DNA from: Burkholderiales bacterium
Lineage (GTDB): Bacteria; Pseudomonadota; Gammaproteobacteria; Burkholderiales; UBA11063
Assembly: GCA_028693355.1 (NCBI GenBank)
Contig: JAQUVM010000002.1
Location: forward strand, 7,418 to 71,417
DNA length: 64,000 bases
Reading direction: 5' to 3'
Shown in pieces: positions 22,085 to 30,927 of this stretch. Position 1 is the first letter of the stretch. Each line of letters starts with the position of its first letter. The position numbers and the translations under genes are program-made. The notes under the pieces were generated by a model. The model ran no database searches. It saw only the letters and a program-made list of their open reading frames with translations, and was not told the DNA's origin.

Positions 22085-22131
22085 ATTTTATCATTGTCGT
22101 AATTATTACAAACATATTTTCATGATAAAAT
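22085..22131. promoter_or_regulatory. Symmetric divergent extended -10 promoters / operator
   Basis: Perfect 10-bp inverted repeat attttatcat...atgataaaat, reading TGATAAAAT on each strand; inner gtaat-t-attac palindrome. Confidence 0.55.
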
Positions 22132-22165
22132 CACAAACTAATTAAAAATTCTAAAAAGAACCAAC

Positions 22166-23329
22166 ATGTACACAAAAATTTCTGCTAAAGATAAAGAAGT
22201 TTGTTTGATAGATAAAGATTATCCTAATCAAGCAGTAAATACACCAATTTATCAAAATTCTATTTTTCATTTTAATACAGTTGATGATTATCTTTTATAC
22301 AAAAATCGCGAAATAAAAGCGTTTTGTTATACACGTGGTAATAATCCTACAACTGAGGTATTAGAAGATAAATTGGCTAAGTTAGATGGTGGCGAATCGT
22401 GTCGTGTTTTTTCATCGGGTATGGGAGCAATCACCGCAACTTTATTTGCTTTACTAACTTCTGGTGATCATGTTTTAGTTATTAATGATATTTATGGACC
22501 TACTCGTGAGTATTTAAGTGTATTATCTAAATTTGGAATTGGTTTTGACGTTATTTCAGCAACTGATACGAAAAATTTAGAATTCTTTATCAAAGAAAAT
22601 ACACGAGTTATTTATACTGAATCACCTGGTACAATGACATTTGATGTTGTTGATTTAAGACTCATTGCTAGTATTGCAAAAACTCGTGGAGTATATACAG
22701 TTATAGATAATACTTGTATGACACCTTTATTGCAAAAACCATTGTTATTAGGGTTTGACATAGCTGTTTATTCGCTTTCAAAATACACTGGCGGCCACAG
22801 TGATGTATTAGCTGGTGCAGTTGTAGGATCTCGCGAAATTTTGGCTAAAATTGATAAGGAAGGATATAAATTAGGCGGCTCTGTAATTAGTCCTAATGAT
22901 GCATTTCTTTTACTTAGGGGGCTTAGGACACTTCCGAGTCGTTTAGAAACATTGACTTTGATAACTAGTGAAGTAGTTACTTATTTACAAAAAAATGAAA
23001 AAGTGAAAAATATTTTACATCCATTAGCTTATAATGATACAGATCTTGAACTGTATCAAGCACAAACAACAGGGATTACTTCTTTATTATCGTTACAGTT
23101 GGTAACTACAGATACTAAGAAAATCAAGATGTTTATTGATAGCCTAAAAACATTCAGTATTGCGGTTAGTTGGGGTGGTTATGAAAATTTAGTTATGGTA
23201 CAAGATGTTTTAGAATTTACTAAGGCTCATAGCGACAAAATAATAATTCGTTTAGCACTTGGTTTATTTGATGCTAGTACGATTATTGCAGATTTAGAAC
23301 AAGCATTTAATCAAATAGAGGGTAAATAA
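22166..23329 (+). CDS. Cys/Met metabolism PLP-dependent enzyme (cystathionine beta-lyase/gamma-synthase family)
   Basis: YTRGNNPT; FSSGMGAI; TESPG; IDNT; SLSKYTGGHSD (PLP Lys); SWGGYENL. Confidence 0.93.
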   Translation: MYTKISAKDKEVCLIDKDYPNQAVNTPIYQNSIFHFNTVDDYLLYKNREIKAFCYTRGNNPTTEVLEDKLAKLDGGESCRVFSSGMGAITATLFALLTSGDHVLVINDIYGPTREYLSVLSKFGIGFDVISATDTKNLEFFIKENTRVIYTESPGTMTFDVVDLRLIASIAKTRGVYTVIDNTCMTPLLQKPLLLGFDIAVYSLSKYTGGHSDVLAGAVVGSREILAKIDKEGYKLGGSVISPNDAFLLLRGLRTLPSRLETLTLITSEVVTYLQKNEKVKNILHPLAYNDTDLELYQAQTTGITSLLSLQLVTTDTKKIKMFIDSLKTFSIAVSWGGYENLVMVQDVLEFTKAHSDKIIIRLALGLFDASTIIADLEQAFNQIEGK

Positions 23330-24918
23330 TGCGTAAATTTATTTCAATGGATTTTTTTCAAAATTTAGGTAAAGCATTTATGCTACCAGTTGCATTACTA
23401 TCTGCTCTTGGGTTGATGCTTGGTATTGGATCTGCTTTAATGACCCCACAATTAGTTGAGGTAATACCGTTTTTGGGTAATGGTGTTATTGTATTTATAG
23501 CTAAATTTTTAGCCATGACTGGAGCATTTGGTTTTCAAAATTTACCTGCATTATTTGCAGTAGCGATCCCAATTGCATTAGCTAAGTATGAAAAAGGCGT
23601 GGCAGGGTTTGCAGGGTTAGTTGGTTTTTATATGATGCATAACTCAGCTAATTTTATGTTAATTCAACAAAATTTGCTAGCTGATAAGAGTAGTTTAATA
23701 AATAATGGGCAAACTTTTATATTAGGTGTTCAGACTGTTGATATGGGAGTATTAGGTGGAATTATAGCAGGTTTAATTGTTTATAATTTACATCGTAAAT
23801 ATTATAAAGTTCAATTACCAGATGCGCTATCTTTTTTTTCTGGTGCTAGATTTGTACCAATAATTACTGCTATCACTATGAGTTTGTTCGGTTTGGCATT
23901 ACCATTTATTTGGCCACCAATAGCTCATTTAATTAATAGTGCTGGGCGTTCTTTAGTATCAACTGGTATTTTTGCTCCATTCTTTTTTGGTATGGGCGAA
24001 AGATTATTATTGCCATTTGGTTTACACCATATATTAGTTGCATTAATTAGGTTTACTCCAGCTGGTGGTGAAATGTTAGTGAATGGTCATATGGTTTATG
24101 GAGCATTAAACATATTTTATGCCCAATTGGCAGATCATACGACAGGGCAATTTAATCCAATGGCGACACAATTTTTATCTCAAGGCAAAATGCCAACCTT
24201 TTTATTTGGTTTACCAGGTGCTGCATTAGCTATCTATCATACGGCCAAACCTGAAAATAGATCACAAATAAAAGGAGTTTTGATTAGTGGTGTAGTTGCT
24301 TGTGTAGTTGCAGGAATTACTGAGCCATTAGAGTTTTTATTTTTATTTACGGCACCTTATTTGTATGTGATTCATGCTGTTTATACAGGATTAGGCTTTA
24401 TGATGGCATCATTGCTTCATATTACTATTGGTAATACTGATGGCAATTTGATTGATTTAGTTGTGTTTGGCGTTTTACAGGGAACAAAAACTAAATGGTA
24501 TTTTGTTTTACCATTGGGTATTGTATGGTTTTTATTGTATTATTTTACGTTTAAATTAGTCATTTTAAAATTTAACTTGAAAACCTTAGGGCGCGAAGAT
24601 GAGGCCGTGCCAGATGCTGTTATAGGTGCAAGTGATAGTGCATTCTCAGATAAAAAAACTAATGATAGTGTAGTGCTAGATAAAAATAGCCAAGCAAATA
24701 TGATAATAGAGGCTCTTGGTGGACGCGATAATATAATATCAATAGATAATTGTTTAACTAGATTAAGAATCGTATTAAATGATATCGATTTAATTGATGA
24801 AGTTAAAATAAAGGCTACTAAATCACTTGGTATAGTAAAATTAAATAAACAAAATCTACAAGTTGTTTATGGAGTACAGGTTCATTTGATTAAAGCTGAA
24901 TTAGATAAGATATTATAA
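23329..24918 (+). CDS. PTS EIICB component, glucose/maltose (MalX-like) family
   Basis: LGKAFMLPVALL; GERLLLPFGLHH; QGKMPTFLFGLPGAALA; GITEPLEF; EIIB DNCLTRLR with active Cys. Confidence 0.93.
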   Translation: MRKFISMDFFQNLGKAFMLPVALLSALGLMLGIGSALMTPQLVEVIPFLGNGVIVFIAKFLAMTGAFGFQNLPALFAVAIPIALAKYEKGVAGFAGLVGFYMMHNSANFMLIQQNLLADKSSLINNGQTFILGVQTVDMGVLGGIIAGLIVYNLHRKYYKVQLPDALSFFSGARFVPIITAITMSLFGLALPFIWPPIAHLINSAGRSLVSTGIFAPFFFGMGERLLLPFGLHHILVALIRFTPAGGEMLVNGHMVYGALNIFYAQLADHTTGQFNPMATQFLSQGKMPTFLFGLPGAALAIYHTAKPENRSQIKGVLISGVVACVVAGITEPLEFLFLFTAPYLYVIHAVYTGLGFMMASLLHITIGNTDGNLIDLVVFGVLQGTKTKWYFVLPLGIVWFLLYYFTFKLVILKFNLKTLGREDEAVPDAVIGASDSAFSDKKTNDSVVLDKNSQANMIIEALGGRDNIISIDNCLTRLRIVLNDIDLIDEVKIKATKSLGIVKLNKQNLQVVYGVQVHLIKAELDKIL

Positions 24919-24983
24919 ATTGATAATTATGTTTAAAGTTTGATTCAAGTATAATAACCTATAAAATAAAAAAAGAGAAAATT

Positions 24984-25934
24984 ATGAAAAAAGTATTATT
25001 TATTGCAGATCCACTTAGTGGAATAAAAATTACTGGTGATTCAACTTATTTGATGCTTATTACGGCTTATGATTTGGGGTACGAATTATATGTTGCCGAA
25101 TCTAAAGATTTATTTGCTATTGGCAATCATGCATATGTCAATGTAGAGAAGCTACAATTATCACATGGTGTTAAAGATATTCATTCAACACAGAATTGGT
25201 ACACTGTAACTGATAAATTTAGTAAGTATTCATTGACAAATTTTGATGCAGTTTATGTGCGTAATGATCCGCCTTTTAATATGGAATACTATTATTTAAC
25301 CCAAATACTAGATTTAGCCGTAAATTTAGGTGTTAATGTAGTTAATAATCCTACGCTATTACGTAATTGTAATGAAAAATTAACTATATTAAATTTCCCA
25401 CATCTAATTACCCCTACATTAGTTGCTAAAGATAAAGCTACAATTTTAGAATTTATTAAAGAACAAGGTGTATGTGTTGCTAAACCGATTGATTTGATGG
25501 GCGGGCGCGGTATTTTTAGAATAGCAGCTGATGACCCGAATCAAAATGCTATTTTGGAAAGCTTAACAGATTATTATACTCAGACTATTATGGTACAAAA
25601 ATTTATTCCAGAAGTTGTAAATGGAGATAAGCGTATTTTTATCATAGATGGTGAGGTTGTTGAATATTGTTTAGCTCGTATTCCCCAAAATGGTGAAATT
25701 CGCGGAAATTTAGCTGTAGGTGGTCGTGGTGAAGTGCAGAAATTAACAGATAGCGATAAGACGATAGCTAATGAAGTAGCTAAATGGCTAAAAAATAAAG
25801 GGATTATGATTGCAGGACTTGATGTGATTGGTACTTGTTTAACAGAGGTAAATATTACTAGTCCAACATCTATGCAGCAAATTTATCGTGAGAGCGGGAT
25901 TAATGTGGCTAGATTAATTTTAGAGAAAATCTAA
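24984..25934 (+). CDS. gshB: Glutathione synthetase
   Basis: RNDPPFNMEY; CNEKL; KPIDLMGGRG; GDKRIF; RGNLAVGGRG; EVNITSPT. Confidence 0.96.
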   Translation: MKKVLFIADPLSGIKITGDSTYLMLITAYDLGYELYVAESKDLFAIGNHAYVNVEKLQLSHGVKDIHSTQNWYTVTDKFSKYSLTNFDAVYVRNDPPFNMEYYYLTQILDLAVNLGVNVVNNPTLLRNCNEKLTILNFPHLITPTLVAKDKATILEFIKEQGVCVAKPIDLMGGRGIFRIAADDPNQNAILESLTDYYTQTIMVQKFIPEVVNGDKRIFIIDGEVVEYCLARIPQNGEIRGNLAVGGRGEVQKLTDSDKTIANEVAKWLKNKGIMIAGLDVIGTCLTEVNITSPTSMQQIYRESGINVARLILEKI

Positions 25935-25974
25935 CTATATGGTTATGTTGGAGATTTTTATGTGAAAATTTTTT

Positions 25975-27333
25975 ATGGATAACATAATGATGAGATTTGT
26001 TTCTAATTTACATAGTAGTATGATAGTTTCACTAGTTCTATTTGCACCAATTTTTTATCTTGGAATAGGCGGTAAATATCCTTGGGTATTATTAGGTAAA
26101 TACGGCATTGGCTTAGGTATGATAAGCTTTTTTATCTTAACGTTATGCTTTTTTCTGATGTCTTTTATTCGTTATGGCAATGTTATTAATGAAACACTCT
26201 TTTACAAGATATTCAATTTCAATTTAATATTAAGTATTTTGGTAGCTATTGCTTATGATTTGATTCAATACAAGCATTTTTTACGTTTTGCTTATCAACA
26301 ACCAACGATGTTATATGTTTTAAGTATACTTGCCATCATTGTAATCTTTTTAAGTATTAAATTAGAAAAGACACGATGTAATGCTCTTTGGATATTTGTG
26401 ATTTGTGCGTCATATAGTAGTTTACATTATCTGGGAAGCATTTATTATTTTCCTTTGACCGAAGCTCGCTCTGATATGCTACCTGCAATATCATTATCTA
26501 TACAACATTTTTATGATGGGTTTAGCCCATATCATAAAAGTATAGAATCTATAGGAGTACCACCATACTTACCTTTTACTATGATCTCGTTTATACCTGC
26601 TTATTTATGGAATATTGATTTTAGGTTTATTACATTAGTTTATTGGATTATAAGTATGGTATTAATTGCTTATAAGATTAATAAATTTACTATGGAACAG
26701 GTTTGTGCAATATGTTTATTCGTTATTAATCCGTACTTTTTAATGCGTCATGAAATGTATTATCAAATATTTCTATTAGAAATGATTGTAATTTGTTTAT
26801 ATTTACAATACTTTAACTACGCTGGCAAAGTTATTATTTTTGGGGTTTTTATTTCTACTTTACAGTTTGCTTGGATACTAATGCCATTTATAATATTAGC
26901 TGATAGTAAATCTAAATCTGAGGCTATTACAAAATTTATTTTATCTACTGCTATTGGTTTTTTAATCTCTCTTATATATATTGGAATAAATCAAACCAAT
27001 TTAGCTGATTTTATAAAAGCAATGTTTTTACATAAAGAATATAATTCACCTTATTCTTCGGATATTACTTTTGGATTATCAACAGTTTTTTATTTTGCCA
27101 AATCTCAAGTATTACTATATATCATGCAGATACTATCTTGTCTCAGTATAATATTATATTCAATATATTTGTACATAGTAAAAGGGAATAGGTCTCACAA
27201 TATGTATTTATCAATGAGTGCAATATGTTATATGATATTTATGACAACTAATTACTTCATCGAAACTTATTTATTAGCGCCACTTATTCTATACTTTATT
27301 GTGTCATATAAAAATGAAAACTCAACATATTAA
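25975..27333 (+). CDS. Polytopic membrane protein, possible GT-C (GT87/DUF2029-like) glycosyltransferase
   Basis: About 11-12 hydrophobic segments; loop ARSDMLPAI...FSPY...PPYLPF resembles GT-C acceptor loops. Confidence 0.4.
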   Translation: MDNIMMRFVSNLHSSMIVSLVLFAPIFYLGIGGKYPWVLLGKYGIGLGMISFFILTLCFFLMSFIRYGNVINETLFYKIFNFNLILSILVAIAYDLIQYKHFLRFAYQQPTMLYVLSILAIIVIFLSIKLEKTRCNALWIFVICASYSSLHYLGSIYYFPLTEARSDMLPAISLSIQHFYDGFSPYHKSIESIGVPPYLPFTMISFIPAYLWNIDFRFITLVYWIISMVLIAYKINKFTMEQVCAICLFVINPYFLMRHEMYYQIFLLEMIVICLYLQYFNYAGKVIIFGVFISTLQFAWILMPFIILADSKSKSEAITKFILSTAIGFLISLIYIGINQTNLADFIKAMFLHKEYNSPYSSDITFGLSTVFYFAKSQVLLYIMQILSCLSIILYSIYLYIVKGNRSHNMYLSMSAICYMIFMTTNYFIETYLLAPLILYFIVSYKNENSTY

Positions 27334-28372
27334 ATTTTTGGATTCAATTCGTGGTATTGCTGCAGTAAGTGTTTTAATATTTCACTTATATCAAATTGAT
27401 GGTAGTGAACGTAATATTTATAGTGAGTTTAAATTATTTGCAGCTGGCCACGAAGCTGTAATATTATTTTTTGTTTTAAGTGGCTTTGTCCTGAGTAACT
27501 CAATAAATAATAGTCAAACAATATTTATATATTCAAAGTATATAATAAAAAGATTATTTAGGATAATGCCAGTATATTATTGTTCTATGCTCCTTGCAAT
27601 AGTCTTTTATATTATTTATTCTCCAAAACCAATTTCGTATTTAAGTGATTGGTTTAATAACTTGTTGCCAAGTATTAAATATTTAGATTATAAGTTGTTA
27701 ATATCAACAATAATTTTAGCGCCATCAAATAAATTAAATGGTGTGGTATGGTCATTGTCTTATGAGCTTGTAATTTCAGTTATATTTTTGCCTACGCTTA
27801 TTGTTGCTACTCAAAAATATTTTAAGTTGTCTTTAACAGTTATGGTAACCATAGCAATTATTTTTCTCTCTTTTCCTCCACATAAATTTATTAATGCTTT
27901 ATTATTTTATACTGTATTTTTTTATCTAGGATTATTGATGTCGATAAAGAGAGTTGCTATTAAGAATATTTGGTTTATTCCAATGTTTTTGTTATTATAT
28001 TTTAATAGATTTTGTTTATACCAAGTGGTAAATTATAATGAAGCAATTAGAGATTTGATGACCGCGTTAGGAAGTTTTGGGTTAATTAGTATCATTTATT
28101 ATAATAATGGAGTAATTAAAAAAATATTGGAGTTTAAACTATTTACTTTTTATGGAAATATATCGTATTCATTATACTTATTGCATTTGCCAATTATGTA
28201 TATATGTGTGTATATATTTATACAATATATAGATATTTTTTATTTAAAAATCATGATTTTCTTGTTTACTAGTTTTTTTGCATTTATTTCTTATAAGTAT
28301 ATTGAATGTAGGTTTATTCAATTTGGATTATATTTTAGTAACTGTTTAATAACTCAGTCTGGTAAAAAATAA
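27314..28372 (+). CDS. Acyltransferase_3 family O-acyltransferase (OafA-like; start probably ATG 27314)
   Basis: LDSIRGIAAVSVLIFH; AVILFFVLSGF; KRLFRIMP; WSLSYE; GNISYSLYLLH. Confidence 0.92.
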   Translation: MKTQHIKFLDSIRGIAAVSVLIFHLYQIDGSERNIYSEFKLFAAGHEAVILFFVLSGFVLSNSINNSQTIFIYSKYIIKRLFRIMPVYYCSMLLAIVFYIIYSPKPISYLSDWFNNLLPSIKYLDYKLLISTIILAPSNKLNGVVWSLSYELVISVIFLPTLIVATQKYFKLSLTVMVTIAIIFLSFPPHKFINALLFYTVFFYLGLLMSIKRVAIKNIWFIPMFLLLYFNRFCLYQVVNYNEAIRDLMTALGSFGLISIIYYNNGVIKKILEFKLFTFYGNISYSLYLLHLPIMYICVYIFIQYIDIFYLKIMIFLFTSFFAFISYKYIECRFIQFGLYFSNCLITQSGKK

Positions 28373-28463
28373 ACGTAACTGGATTTATACGATATATTAT
28401 GTAAAGATCTTCAATAGTAATTTTTTATTGATATAAAAATCATGTGATTGTAAAAATAATATT

Positions 28464-28487
28464 AAACTGCTTGAAAAAGCAGTTTTT
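28464..28487 (+). terminator. Intrinsic terminator upstream of hslU, containing a sigma32-like CTTGAAA
   Basis: aaactgctt-GAAA-aagcagttt perfect stem running into a T-run. Confidence 0.55.
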
Positions 28488-28527
28488 GCACATATATATA
28501 AACAAATAAATTTTTAAATGAGTAGGA

Positions 28528-29862
28528 ATGAAGATGGATTTAACTCCTCGCCAAATAGTAGCAGAATTAGATAAAAATATTATCGGCCAGAATGATGCTA
28601 AAAAAGCTGTAGCAATAGCTCTTAGAAATCGTGTTCGTCGCCAAAAAATTGATGAACCATTAAGAAGTGAAATTACCCCAAAGAATATCTTAATGATTGG
28701 ACCAACAGGCGTTGGTAAAACGGAAATTGCTCGTCGTTTAGCTAAGCTTGCAGGAGCTCCGTTTATAAAAATTGAGGCAACAAAATTTACTGAAGTTGGT
28801 TATGTAGGTAAGGATGTTGATTCTATTATTCGTGATTTAGTTGAAGTTGCAGTAAAAGACGCTCGTGAGATTGCTCGAGATAGCAATAGAGATAAAGCTA
28901 AATTAGCTGCAGAAAATCGTATTTTAGATGTTTTATTACCACCAGCACGTGATACGTTTGGTGATACAGCTCAAGCCGATGATGCTCCAGAAAATTCTAC
29001 ACGTGAACGTTTTCGTAATATGTTACGTGATGGTAAATTAGATGATAAAGAAATTGAAGTAGAAGTGGCTCAAGCAAAAGCTCAATCAGTGTTGATGGGA
29101 CCTCCTGGAATGGAAGAGTTAACTAATCAACTTCAAGGCATGTTTGAAAATGCTGGAGAAGGCAAGAAGAAAAAACGTAAATTAAAAGTAAAAGATGCTT
29201 TTAAAATTGTTATTGATGAAGAAGCTGGTAAACTTGTTAATGAAGATGAGTTACGTCAAAATGCATTACAAAATGTTGAGCAAAATGGAATTGTATTTTT
29301 AGATGAAATTGATAAGGTAGCTATAAAAAGTGGTAATAGTAGTGCCGAAGTTTCACGCTCTGGAGTGCAACGAGATTTACTTCCTTTGGTTGAGGGTACA
29401 ACAGTATCTACCAAATATGGAATGATAAAAACAGAACACATCTTGTTTATTGCCTCAGGTGCATTTCATGTAGCAAAACCATCTGATTTACTACCAGAAT
29501 TGCAAGGACGTTTTCCTATCCGTGTTGAACTAAAATCTTTGACAGTAGATGATTTTAAGCGTATTTTAACGGAAACTAATGCGAGCTTAACAGAACAATA
29601 CAAAGCTCTTTTAGCTACGGAAAATTTAGATTTACAGTTTTCTGTAGATGGTATATCTAAACTGGCAGAAATAGCGTTTTCTGTCAATGAAAAAACCGAA
29701 AATATTGGCGCAAGACGTCTGTATACAGTCATGGAAAAGCTTCTGGAAGGCCTCCTTTTTGATAGTGAAGGTGTAAATTCGGTATCAATTGATAGTGCTT
29801 ATGTTACTAACATACTTGGTGAAATATCTGCATCAGAAGATTTATCTCACTACGTATTATAA
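28528..29862 (+). CDS. hslU: ATP-dependent protease ATPase subunit HslU
   Basis: [18 protein letters not shown]; EVGYVG pore loop; VFLDEIDK; ENIGARRL; DLSHYVL C-terminus. Confidence 0.98.
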   Translation: MKMDLTPRQIVAELDKNIIGQNDAKKAVAIALRNRVRRQKIDEPLRSEITPKNILMIGPTGVGKTEIARRLAKLAGAPFIKIEATKFTEVGYVGKDVDSIIRDLVEVAVKDAREIARDSNRDKAKLAAENRILDVLLPPARDTFGDTAQADDAPENSTRERFRNMLRDGKLDDKEIEVEVAQAKAQSVLMGPPGMEELTNQLQGMFENAGEGKKKKRKLKVKDAFKIVIDEEAGKLVNEDELRQNALQNVEQNGIVFLDEIDKVAIKSGNSSAEVSRSGVQRDLLPLVEGTTVSTKYGMIKTEHILFIASGAFHVAKPSDLLPELQGRFPIRVELKSLTVDDFKRILTETNASLTEQYKALLATENLDLQFSVDGISKLAEIAFSVNEKTENIGARRLYTVMEKLLEGLLFDSEGVNSVSIDSAYVTNILGEISASEDLSHYVL

Positions 29863-29887
29863 AAAAAATGGTATTTTGTCGGAGATG

Positions 29888-29896
29888 TGGTAGAAT
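29888..29896 (+). promoter_or_regulatory. Extended -10 promoter of the PPIase gene
   Basis: TGGTAGAAT 34 bp upstream of ATG; GGAG RBS. Confidence 0.55.
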
Positions 29897-29930
29897 GCTA
29901 CATATTTTGAAAATTTATAGGAGTATTTAG

Positions 29931-30725
29931 ATGAAAAAAATTATTACTGCATTATTATTAAGTAGTGCTTTTATTGTAGCTAACGCAGATACAGTGTATG
30001 TTGATGGTAAAGCGGTTAATCAAAAAATTATTGACCAGGCAATGGCTCAAATCAAAAAAAATCCGATGGCTGCTCAACAAGCTAATAACCCTCAATTCAA
30101 AAAAGAAATGTTGCAGTCAATTGGTATGCAACAAGCTATTTTAGCTGAAGGAAATGCACAAGGATTAGATAAATCTCAAGCTTATCAAGATAAGTTAAAT
30201 GAAATCAAACCAATGATTTATGCTCAGATTTTACAAGATAAAGCATCAGCTAAGCCAATCACAGATGCTCAAGTTAAAGCTAAGTACGACCAAATGAAAG
30301 CTGCTGCTATGAAACAGCAACAGTATGATGTATCTCATATCTTAGTTAAAGATCAAAAAACTGCTAATGATATTGAAGCTCAATTGAAAAAAGGTGCTAA
30401 GTTTGCTGATTTAGCTAAAAAATATTCAATTGATCCAGGTTCAAAAGCTAATGGTGGTGAGTTAGGGTTGTCAGATGGTTCTAACTATGTTCCTGAGTTT
30501 ACTGCTGCAATTAAAACTCTTAAAAAAGGTCAATACACAACTACACCGGTTAAAACTCAATTTGGTTACCATATTATTAAATTGAATGATATTAAAGCTG
30601 GTTCAGCTGCACAAATTCCTGCATTTGATAAAGTAAAAGATCAAATTAAACAAGAGTTACAAATGGAACAAACTAAAGCTTTCTTTGATAGTGTTAAAGC
30701 TAAACATAAAGTAGAAGTTAAGTAA
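29931..30725 (+). CDS. Periplasmic PpiC-type (parvulin) peptidyl-prolyl isomerase
   Basis: Signal peptide (VANA-D); VSHILV; FADLAKKYSIDPGSKANGGELG; VKTQFGYHIIK. Confidence 0.93.
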   Translation: MKKIITALLLSSAFIVANADTVYVDGKAVNQKIIDQAMAQIKKNPMAAQQANNPQFKKEMLQSIGMQQAILAEGNAQGLDKSQAYQDKLNEIKPMIYAQILQDKASAKPITDAQVKAKYDQMKAAAMKQQQYDVSHILVKDQKTANDIEAQLKKGAKFADLAKKYSIDPGSKANGGELGLSDGSNYVPEFTAAIKTLKKGQYTTTPVKTQFGYHIIKLNDIKAGSAAQIPAFDKVKDQIKQELQMEQTKAFFDSVKAKHKVEVK

Positions 30726-30728
30726 CGA

Positions 30729-30852
30729 GATTCTTTGACTTTGGATTTTATACGTTGTTGGAGCAATAAAAAATTTTCCTTATGTAGTATAACTACACTG
30801 CGTCTAATTTTTTATTGCTACGCCTAGTCTAAAAAACCAAATTCTGCGAATC
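30729..30852. repeat. Multi-stem palindromic element, copy D (124 bp)
   Basis: Stems gattc/gaatc, tttgg/ccaaa, agcaataaaaaatt/aattttttattgct, tgtag/ctaca; shares TCCTTA loop and outer loops tttgac/ttctgc with copy B (tttgtc/tactgc). Confidence 0.8.
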
Positions 30853-30871
30853 ATAATGTATTAATATAATT

Positions 30872-30909
30872 ATAAAAATAGGGGTCATGAAAATGACCCC
30901 TATTTTTAT
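30872..30909. terminator. Strong intrinsic terminator after the PPIase gene
   Basis: Perfect 17-bp stem ataaaaataggggtcat-GAAA-atgacccctatttttat. Confidence 0.85.
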
Positions 30910-30927
30910 TTGCCTATTGAAAAGTAT

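Noticed and set aside
13262-30852. Palindromes as integron attC sites
   Set aside because: No RYYYAAC/GTTRRRY core ends, they do not flank single cassettes regularly, and no integrase is present
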